The notes under the pieces are model-generated. The model was not told where the DNA came from, did no database searches, and saw only the letters and a list, made by a program, of their open reading frames with translations. DNA of 42,839 nucleotides, taken from the IMG/VR virus record IMGVR_UViG_3300040758_000113, one strand, 5' to 3'. The stretch is from a virus. The stretch's first letter is position 1, and every line of letters starts with the position of its first letter. Below, piece after piece: positions 36,360 to 42,839 of the stretch. The position numbers and the translations under genes were made by a program.

Positions 36360-36655
36360 TACTGTGCCTGTTGAAATTGTTCGTAGTCTTTGAGCAAAGA
36401 CTCACCGTTCTCAAGGGAGGCCATGAGGCTACTCAGGTTCTTTTCCAACTCCAACTGGGTATCCTCGGCGAGCTTCTTAAGCTCCTCCACCGACAGACGC
36501 TCGGGGTTGCTGATGTTAAGTGCCCGGAGGTTATCATGGACCTGCTTGAGCTTCTGCTCCTCAACCCCCACTTCCCGGTTAAGCTGGTCTCGTTTGCCTG
36601 CCAAGGTTTTCACTCTTGCTTGAGCAGTGCGCAACTGTTCTTGGATGTCGGGCAT
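36359..36655 (-). CDS. Hypothetical coiled-coil protein
   Basis: 98 aa, heptad-rich. TAATG overlap with the downstream zinc-finger gene. AGTATTATAgtgAGGAGG element upstream. Confidence 0.4.
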   Translation of the reverse strand: MPDIQEQLRTAQARVKTLAGKRDQLNREVGVEEQKLKQVHDNLRALNISNPERLSVEELKKLAEDTQLELEKNLSSLMASLENGESLLKDYEQFQQAQ

Positions 36656-36660
36656 GTAAT

Positions 36661-36678
36661 CCTCCTCACTATAATACT
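36661..36678 (-). promoter_or_regulatory. AGTATTATA box + SD upstream of gene 36359-36655
   Basis: Minus strand: ttagtattatagtgAGGAGGattacATG. Confidence 0.3.
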
Positions 36679-36694
36679 AATTCCGGCTGGACCT

Positions 36695-37351
36695 TTAAGG
36701 TCTAATCCACTCAAATTTGAGTATATTCAACAGTCGAATTTGATGGGGGGTGGGGTCAATATCATCTTCGCATAAAAAGGTCCCCCAGCATGTACCATCG
36801 CATAACTTCCAAAGGTCTTGGCGAGAACCCCGATGAAACATCAGGGCCAGCCTAAAGGAGATGTGACGTGAAGCATCCTCCTTACGATAACTGAAATCTG
36901 CAAGAAAATACTTCCCCTTTGGGACATCCTCCGTAAGGACAGTGTATGCATTCAAACCATCAAGAGAGAAACTAAACTGAAAGAGCGCCGGGGAGTCTTT
37001 CCGTCTGTCAAATATGGAAACTGTGTTGTGTTTGAAGCAAGGGTGACCGTTGTGCATCACCCACGGATTGTCGCTCCGCTTTTCATCTCTAATTTCCACA
37101 TCCCCCGTCACCCACTTACCCTCGGGATGACGTGGTCCTAGATAAACCTGAACATCGCCAAGTCCAACTTCACGGAGTTTTTTTGCCCAGATTTCCCGTT
37201 GGGACAGGAATTCAATTAAGGCAGATTTTCCGGGGTTATCATATGCATCATAATCCTTATCCCGAAAATCAGCGCCCTCAAGTTTTCCCATATCTACCTC
37301 GATTCCGGTTGACAAGACGGGCAGCATAGCTCCGTACCACAGTCCGGGCAT
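36695..37351 (-). CDS. Hypothetical protein
   Basis: 218-aa ORF. No ATPase signature motif seen. Confidence 0.4.
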   Translation of the reverse strand: MPGLWYGAMLPVLSTGIEVDMGKLEGADFRDKDYDAYDNPGKSALIEFLSQREIWAKKLREVGLGDVQVYLGPRHPEGKWVTGDVEIRDEKRSDNPWVMHNGHPCFKHNTVSIFDRRKDSPALFQFSFSLDGLNAYTVLTEDVPKGKYFLADFSYRKEDASRHISFRLALMFHRGSRQDLWKLCDGTCWGTFLCEDDIDPTPHQIRLLNILKFEWIRP

Positions 37352-39564
37352 TTCGGTTTGGATTCCTTGGACAGAAGCAACGTCAAAGAGTTAACCTTGG
37401 CGTTAGCGGCGTCCAGTTCCTCTTCCGTAAACTTAAGCTCACTCTTCTTGCTGGGGAGCTTCAATGCCTCTGCCAACAAGTTGATGTTCTTAAGCGCCGA
37501 GAGGTAGTGAGCAATGACTCCGAGTAGGAAGTTGGCTTCTTGTAGCACACCCTCTAACTTCTCCCCGCACTCCTTGGGGCTTGCTCCCTTTCTTTCGACA
37601 ATTTCCAACAGGGATAGAACCGCCTGCTTGCGTTTGTACCCCTTAGCCACAAGGTCCCACTGGACTATAGTATTGTCAATGCCATGTACCACCTGTCCCG
37701 TGACTTCCCGGCGACGGAGGATTTTTACCGCCTCGGCATACATCCGGGCGAGGCGCTCCTGTTTCTCAATGGGGGATACATCCGGCACAGACAGCTTGAG
37801 GATGAAGGACCGCATCTTCGCTATCCGATTCGTCCTTGTAAGTGTCTCGGTCAGCGAGGCCAACAATGACTCATAGCTGTTGACCTTTGCCTCATAACCA
37901 GACACGGTGTGGGCGGAGTCCTGTGCCGAGGCATTAAACCTCTCAAGTTTACCCCGGCGTTCCTCTGCCTCACGGATTTCTTCGGCGAGCGTTCGGGCTT
38001 CCCCGTTCTTTTCGGTAATGCGCCGGTTGGCTTCCTTCTTCCCTGCATCCAATTTTTCGGTAGAGGCAAAGGCCCCAAGGATGGCATTCAGGTCGTTGGG
38101 CTTCCATGCGTCGGGGTCAATGAGGAATTGTGCCTTGTTCTGTTGAGAAAAGATGGGGTCTATGGTTGTGTCCCCCACTTTGACGGTGCCATACTTGAGC
38201 ACCTTCATGGGTTCGGGGACACTATCGCCGAGAGCCTTATACTCTATCGGCTTACCCTTTTCATCTTCACCAATGGCGTACTTGGTGGAACCCTTGCGGG
38301 TCCGGGTGGCCCTGATGGGGTCGTTGACACCCTCAACCTCAAGAGTCACTTCCATCTTCTCATCCTGTCCATTACGGACAAAATCCTGCGGGAGTTCATT
38401 GCGGAATACCCCCCGCAGGGCACGGAAGATGGAGCTATTATGAGTTATAGTAAAATCACCAAGAAGAAAAAGCCCATCCCCGCTCAACTCAAATCCGAAA
38501 TATTCTCCCCACCCTTTATGCTTTATTTTAAACCCCGTTGTTAAACAAGATTTTTTGGATTGCGATAATGCCTTTTTTCGCTTTATGATAGTAGGAATAC
38601 TAGGCAAATTCCCGAAAATTAAAACCGTATGGTATATCTTATTGTATCGTTTGTTTAACTTAGGAGAAATAGATGCCCTAAACCCGAGAGACCTCGCTAA
38701 AAATGCCACTTGTTTAGCAAGTCGCTCAAACTGCGAACAAAAGGCAAATTGAGACGGTTCTAATCCAGCATCAGAATCTAGCAACCCAGCCAATAGTAAA
38801 AGTCTATCTTCCCTTGAGCCAACCAGATAGCTATGTGGTATGCATTTTCCGTCTGCATCCACCAACTTTAACAACCGGAAACGGTTAAGAAGGGCATTAC
38901 TTCGACTTCCTTTATGTTTAGTAGAAAATCGGTAGGAATCATCATCATTGGGTATAAGATGGAGACCATACTTGGTGGCAAGTTTTCGACAATAGTTTAC
39001 AACCTCAAGGTCGGCGGTTGTTACTTCTAATTTATGTAAATCGGTGGTACCATCGCCAAGCCAATAGCCCACCAAATAAGGTTCAAATTTTTTATCTACC
39101 CGGCACTTAAAATCTATACCTCCCGAACGATGCAAACGGGCATTCCGTTTATAGGTAGCACTTTTGGAAAGAAAGTCCTTAACTGAAATCTCCACCCTGC
39201 ATTGTCTTAACTGTAAGGGACTGAGACGACGTTTTTTTCCATCTAATCGGCAAATCAAGGACAAAATGTGATACTGATTACACCCCCAAGAACCATCGAA
39301 GCCCCCTTTATTGGGCAAAACCTCATACATATCATCAAACCCGTGGGAAATACTAAGAACGGTGCGAGGCGTGCTATCCGGCCCCATAAGAAAGTCACCT
39401 ACACCTATGTTCTTTGCTAATTTATTTGTCCCGTCATACATAAGAACAGGAGTATTTGGAGCAAGACACTTACCCTTATTCGACGGTCCGACAATCAATG
39501 TCAACCCGTCCACAATAAGGGAGAAATCTTTCCATGGTTGAAAATTCTTACCGGATAGTTTCAT
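37294..39564 (-). CDS. SbcC/Rad50-like P-loop ATPase (N-terminal ATPase lobe + coiled coil ending in CxxC...CxxC), interrupted by an intein in the Walker A motif
   Basis: Spliced N-terminus would read MKLSGKNFQPWKDFSLIVDGLTLIVGPSNKGK|SSIFRALRGVF, the canonical Rad50/SbcC start with GxNGxGKSSI. Long coiled-coil. Ends KCPDCGTELCCPSCQ. Confidence 0.65.
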   Translation of the reverse strand: MKLSGKNFQPWKDFSLIVDGLTLIVGPSNKGKCLAPNTPVLMYDGTNKLAKNIGVGDFLMGPDSTPRTVLSISHGFDDMYEVLPNKGGFDGSWGCNQYHILSLICRLDGKKRRLSPLQLRQCRVEISVKDFLSKSATYKRNARLHRSGGIDFKCRVDKKFEPYLVGYWLGDGTTDLHKLEVTTADLEVVNYCRKLATKYGLHLIPNDDDSYRFSTKHKGSRSNALLNRFRLLKLVDADGKCIPHSYLVGSREDRLLLLAGLLDSDAGLEPSQFAFCSQFERLAKQVAFLARSLGFRASISPKLNKRYNKIYHTVLIFGNLPSIPTIIKRKKALSQSKKSCLTTGFKIKHKGWGEYFGFELSGDGLFLLGDFTITHNSSIFRALRGVFRNELPQDFVRNGQDEKMEVTLEVEGVNDPIRATRTRKGSTKYAIGEDEKGKPIEYKALGDSVPEPMKVLKYGTVKVGDTTIDPIFSQQNKAQFLIDPDAWKPNDLNAILGAFASTEKLDAGKKEANRRITEKNGEARTLAEEIREAEERRGKLERFNASAQDSAHTVSGYEAKVNSYESLLASLTETLTRTNRIAKMRSFILKLSVPDVSPIEKQERLARMYAEAVKILRRREVTGQVVHGIDNTIVQWDLVAKGYKRKQAVLSLLEIVERKGASPKECGEKLEGVLQEANFLLGVIAHYLSALKNINLLAEALKLPSKKSELKFTEEELDAANAKVNSLTLLLSKESKPKCPDCGTELCCPSCQPESR
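38437..39468 (-). mobile_element. Intein (344 aa) with LAGLIDADG homing-endonuclease domain, inserted after the Walker-A Lys
   Basis: N-terminal splice junction GK|CLAPNTPVLMYDG (Cys1). LAGLIDADG blocks LVGYWLGDGT and LAGLLDSDAG. C-terminal FTITHN|S (His-Asn plus +1 Ser). Boundaries checked codon by codon: 39468 = Cys1, 38437-38439 = terminal Asn. Confidence 0.7.
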
Positions 39565-39866
39565 TTGTAAATAACCTTGATGTTATGAACGACAACCCAA
39601 ATGTAAACTGCTATCAGGATAGAAAGTGTGATATCCACCCCTGGGGCACCCCTCACACCGACAATGAAAATCCCAGCCGCAATGGTGCTTAAGGCTAAGA
39701 CCTTCACCACAATAATTCCAGGAATACTGCCGATTTTACACATCAACCAAGATGCAATGGGGTTTACCTCCTCATTTTCCGTTTTCTTAAGTCCCATATA
39801 GGTAGTTATCCCATCAGAGATATTAAGAACTACAAGGACCAAAAACAGTAAAATAAAAAGAGCCAC
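39561..39866 (-). CDS. Small membrane protein (3 predicted TM helices)
   Basis: MALFILLFLVLVVL..., ...GIIVVKVLALSTIAAGIFIVGV..., ...ITLSILIAVYIWVVV. Conserved-looking DGITTYMGLK...E.NPI segment. ATGA overlap with the Rad50-like gene. Confidence 0.45.
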   Translation of the reverse strand: MALFILLFLVLVVLNISDGITTYMGLKKTENEEVNPIASWLMCKIGSIPGIIVVKVLALSTIAAGIFIVGVRGAPGVDITLSILIAVYIWVVVHNIKVIYK

Positions 39867-39872
39867 GCCACC

Positions 39873-41210
39873 TCACTTAAGTTCGTCTATCTCTGTTACT
39901 GCATTTTCAAGAGATTCTGCGGTGGGGACTTCACCAAAATCTTCCTCATCGGGGTAGCTCCCCGCTGGCTCTTCGAGGAATGCCTTTTCCGCTTCACTGA
40001 GACCTTCACCCTTGAAGCGCTCGGTTTCATCGTGCTCCACGGCATCCAAAACCATGCCCTTGAGCTTCCCGAGAACCTCCGGGTTTTGCTTGATAACGAG
40101 GTCTTCGACAAGCTCTGTTTTGCTGGCATAGGTGATGATGGCGTCGTCGGCGGACTTGCCGACAAACCACTTCTTTTTGTCGTACTCAATGAAGCCATAC
40201 CCGCAGGCAAGCTCCCGGATGCTCATGTTCTCGTCAATGCCGAAGTTGGGCCTGACGTAGACGAAGGCTTCCCGGTAGCCGCCGCCCGTCACCTTGTTCT
40301 TGAGGGAGCGAACCCGGACCTTGTTAGCGGTCGGGTAGTTTTTGAGCACTTCACCCATGGGCTGGATGAGAAGCCACTGTTCTTTTTTGTCCGGCATCTT
40401 ATCCCAACTCCACGGCTTGATTTCCGTTTCCAGAATGAGTTCCAGCATCACGCTGGGAGCAAACCTCGCCATATATCCGCCCGGCAGGCTGTATTCCCGG
40501 TTAGTGTAACTCCAGTGGGAAGCGTTCTCCGCATCGTCGTCCATACGGGCACGAGTCTGGTTAATGATGGTCAGGTGGGCATCCTGCTCCATAAGGTGAG
40601 GAGTGAGAAACTTGTAGAACGTGGTGATGCCCTTAGCATGGCTTCCGTAGTTAGCCCGGAATGCTTTGCCGCTTTCAATATCCTTAAGCTCCACCTTCAT
40701 CTGCATGAACGGGATGGAGTCATCCACGAAGTAGCGGATACCATATTTGGTGAGAAGCTGAATATGCCGCTTGATGGACTCTTGCAAGTTGGACGGCTGC
40801 TCGAAGAAACAGAGGTCGGGGTCAACACCGAGAGCGTAAGCGTACTGGGCGCTAATGGCCGGTTCGTACTCGAAGATAGCGATGGGTTCACCGGTTGCTT
40901 GCTGGTAATTGGCGGCGTTTACAAAGGCAGTGGTGGTCTTGCCAGCGCCCTCATTGCCGTGTATCTGCGTAATGCGTCCGCCTCGGGCGATACCGCCGAG
41001 CCGTAGAACCTTGTCAAAGACGAAGTGACCATAGGGAACAAGGATTTCCTGAAAGTCCTTGCCGTAGATACGATGGTCGGACTTCGTATCCTTGCGCAAG
41101 TAAGCAAGGGCATTACGCCGCTGTTCCACCGTCCAAGTCCGGGGACTGCCAGTCGGCATTTCAAAATTGAGTTCCTTTTCCTTCTTCTTCTTTGCGGCTG
41201 CCTTTGCCAT
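39873..41210 (-). CDS. RecA/UvsX-family recombinase
   Basis: GGIARGGRITQIHGNEGAGKTTTAF (RecA Walker A/L1 region). 445 aa with an extended acidic C-terminus. Confidence 0.75.
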   Translation of the reverse strand: MAKAAAKKKKEKELNFEMPTGSPRTWTVEQRRNALAYLRKDTKSDHRIYGKDFQEILVPYGHFVFDKVLRLGGIARGGRITQIHGNEGAGKTTTAFVNAANYQQATGEPIAIFEYEPAISAQYAYALGVDPDLCFFEQPSNLQESIKRHIQLLTKYGIRYFVDDSIPFMQMKVELKDIESGKAFRANYGSHAKGITTFYKFLTPHLMEQDAHLTIINQTRARMDDDAENASHWSYTNREYSLPGGYMARFAPSVMLELILETEIKPWSWDKMPDKKEQWLLIQPMGEVLKNYPTANKVRVRSLKNKVTGGGYREAFVYVRPNFGIDENMSIRELACGYGFIEYDKKKWFVGKSADDAIITYASKTELVEDLVIKQNPEVLGKLKGMVLDAVEHDETERFKGEGLSEAEKAFLEEPAGSYPDEEDFGEVPTAESLENAVTEIDELK

Positions 41211-41947
41211 TATTCCTCCTGTGATAGAATACTGAGATGAACTGCCATTTTTCTTATATGATTCAAAAACTCTTCATAGGAAAGTTGTTGTTTTGCCCAA
41301 TTACATATACGACAACAAGGAACTACATTGCCCGGAATATATCCCTTATGGATATCTTTCCTATCAATCCCATTGTAGGGCAGCTTTCCATTATTGTAAA
41401 GACGACGGGTAACCGCTTCATTGCTGGGGGGTGCTCCACAATAATGGCAGGGTTGAAAAATTAAACTCAAGAATAATTCTTTCTCTAGCCCCCATTTCAA
41501 TCCCCTAGACTTAGCACTGGTCTTATACTCACGGTATACCCGTCCACTCAGAAACTCTTTGGGTTCTAAAAGATTGGCATAGCGCCGACACCCACAACTA
41601 GTAGTGCGGGATAAATTATTGGTACTTACAGGTAAAATCTTTCCACAAACACACAGGCACTTCCAAAAAACCCGGTTTTTTTCAACATGGTCTAGTTCTT
41701 GTACCTCCAAAAAACCAAACCTTTTACCGGAAAGGTCTTTGAAATTCCATGCTTTTCTGGTGGGAAAAGGTACACACCCGCAACTCCCAGTTTTCTTTTG
41801 AGTAAGATTGGAACCGTATACCGGTTTCTCAGTTCCACATCTACATCGGCATTGATAAACTCCCCGACCTTTGTAAGATATGACAAACCACAACCCAAAT
41901 GTTTTCCCAACCAAATGACGGGCCTTAGATTTGGTACTCACACACAT
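41210..41947 (-). CDS. HNH endonuclease with zinc-ribbon repeats (paralog of 11196-12020 / 16446-17033)
   Basis: CHYCGAPP...YNGIDRKDIHKGYIPGNVVPCCRICNWAKQQ. Repeats YQCRCRCGTEK...CGCV and WKCLCVCGKI...CGCRR. The track start at 41974 overlaps the RuvC gene by 50 nt, so the ATG at 41947 is preferred. Start uncertain. Confidence 0.55.
   Translation of the reverse strand: MCVSTKSKARHLVGKTFGLWFVISYKGRGVYQCRCRCGTEKPVYGSNLTQKKTGSCGCVPFPTRKAWNFKDLSGKRFGFLEVQELDHVEKNRVFWKCLCVCGKILPVSTNNLSRTTSCGCRRYANLLEPKEFLSGRVYREYKTSAKSRGLKWGLEKELFLSLIFQPCHYCGAPPSNEAVTRRLYNNGKLPYNGIDRKDIHKGYIPGNVVPCCRICNWAKQQLSYEEFLNHIRKMAVHLSILSQEE
41213..41234 (-). promoter_or_regulatory. AGTATTCTA variant box + SD upstream of recA/uvsX-like gene
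   Basis: Minus strand: tcagtattctatcacAGGAGGaataATG. Confidence 0.3.
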
Positions 41948-42827
41948 CGAGTTTTCGTTCCGTTGAGCTTGCATCCCTACTCAAGAATTTGAAAGTTAAT
42001 TTTTGATACTCATAGAAATACTCAGGACGATGCAAAACTCCTGCCGTTACGAAATGTTGATTACGCCCCTTGCCCTTGGAGATTTGGGCGGAGTTGCAAA
42101 GTGACTGGAGGACCCTCTCCGGGATTTCACGAGGCCGACCGAGCAATATGCTGGATACATACCGCCCCATCATCGCCAACAGAACGGCGTCACAGGAATC
42201 AGGGTCCAGAGCCGGAAACCGGGTCTTGTCAATAAACTCGTAAGCCTTGAGGATGTTCTCTTTCTTATTGGTAGTTCCCCGCTGGGACAGGCCCATGAGG
42301 CTACGCAAGGTGCTGGCATTGATGGAGAGAATCTTTACCACGGCAAACTTCTTCCACAAGTCTCCATCGAACAGAACAAGATGCATAATACGGTTCAATG
42401 CCACAAGGTAATCGTTGGTCGGCGTGGGATGCTCCGTGGCAATGAGCAGACCCATGGTATGAATGGGAGTGACGCTGGGCTGCCCATTGTTTATGGCAAG
42501 AAAATCCTCGAACTTGATGGTTGTGGCCGCTTCACTGAGACGTTCCTTGAGGAACAGGGAGATACCCTTGCTGCGAATCCAAATGGGGTCTTTGGAAGAA
42601 TCCGGCTTGACACTGCCCACCTGTGTCCAATCAGCGTAGGTACCGAACATGCCCGCCGTGCGTCCGCATTCCTCACAAGGGTGGGATACATGGCTGAGAC
42701 ATCCGGGATGCTCACAGGGTTGGCCTTTGTGGGGGTCTTCGGGCAGGATGACATGCATCATCGCATACCCGGTGCGGGAGAGGCTGGGGTCCAACCCCAT
42801 GACAAGCCAATGGTCCACGTCCGGCAA
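41925..42827 (-). CDS. RuvC-like Holliday-junction resolvase with inserted Cys/His zinc module
   Basis: LVMGLDPSLSRTGYAMM (RuvC motif I, catalytic Asp). ...DSCDAVLLAMM (motif IV-like). Insert CEHPGC...HPCEECG. The track start is a TTG at 42827. The frame is open to the window edge, so the true start may lie at 42800 (ATG) or beyond 42839. Confidence 0.6.
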   Translation of the reverse strand: MPDVDHWLVMGLDPSLSRTGYAMMHVILPEDPHKGQPCEHPGCLSHVSHPCEECGRTAGMFGTYADWTQVGSVKPDSSKDPIWIRSKGISLFLKERLSEAATTIKFEDFLAINNGQPSVTPIHTMGLLIATEHPTPTNDYLVALNRIMHLVLFDGDLWKKFAVVKILSINASTLRSLMGLSQRGTTNKKENILKAYEFIDKTRFPALDPDSCDAVLLAMMGRYVSSILLGRPREIPERVLQSLCNSAQISKGKGRNQHFVTAGVLHRPEYFYEYQKLTFKFLSRDASSTERKLDVCEYQI

Positions 42828-42839
42828 GGCTTCCGGGAA

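Noticed and set aside
1-42839. tRNA genes or CRISPR arrays
   Set aside because: Intergenic regions are mostly <130 nt. No cloverleaf-compatible segments or regularly spaced direct repeats were found on reading.

Overview
Minus-strand-dominated fragment of a tailed dsDNA phage genome (virulent-type, with its own replisome), read from sequence only. Coding density is very high: short intergenic gaps, and ATGA/TAATG start/stop overlaps. Replication/recombination genes recognisable by motif: family-A DNA polymerase with 3'-5' exonuclease (31966-35661), DnaX-like clamp-loader ATPase (24501-25607), a stand-alone DnaG-type CHC2 zinc-finger protein (35679-36359), RecA/UvsX-like recombinase (39873-41210), an SbcC/Rad50-type P-loop ATPase whose Walker-A loop is interrupted by a LAGLIDADG intein (37294-39564; intein 38437-39468), a RuvC-like resolvase (41925-42827) and a calcineurin-type metallophosphoesterase (9823-11094). 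The window carries 14 free-standing homing-endonuclease-like genes (3 GIY-YIG, 7 HNH, 3 EndoVII-like, plus a GIY-YIG-like domain inside a larger protein) and the intein. The left 6 kb encodes two large multidomain 'polyvalent-type' proteins sharing a papain-fold Cys-His-Asp module. One carries GNAT and SprT-like HExxH domains, the other a GIY-YIG-like domain. An HNH gene lies between them, and a GNAT ORF follows the first in-frame after a single TAG. Also present: a SAM-methyltransferase and GT-B glycosyltransferase pair, a NusG/KOW-like protein, and a recurrent AGTATTATA-like box abutting Shine-Dalgarno sites. No tRNA, rRNA or CRISPR array was found. Most products are assigned from motifs alone, and many ORFs remain hypothetical.
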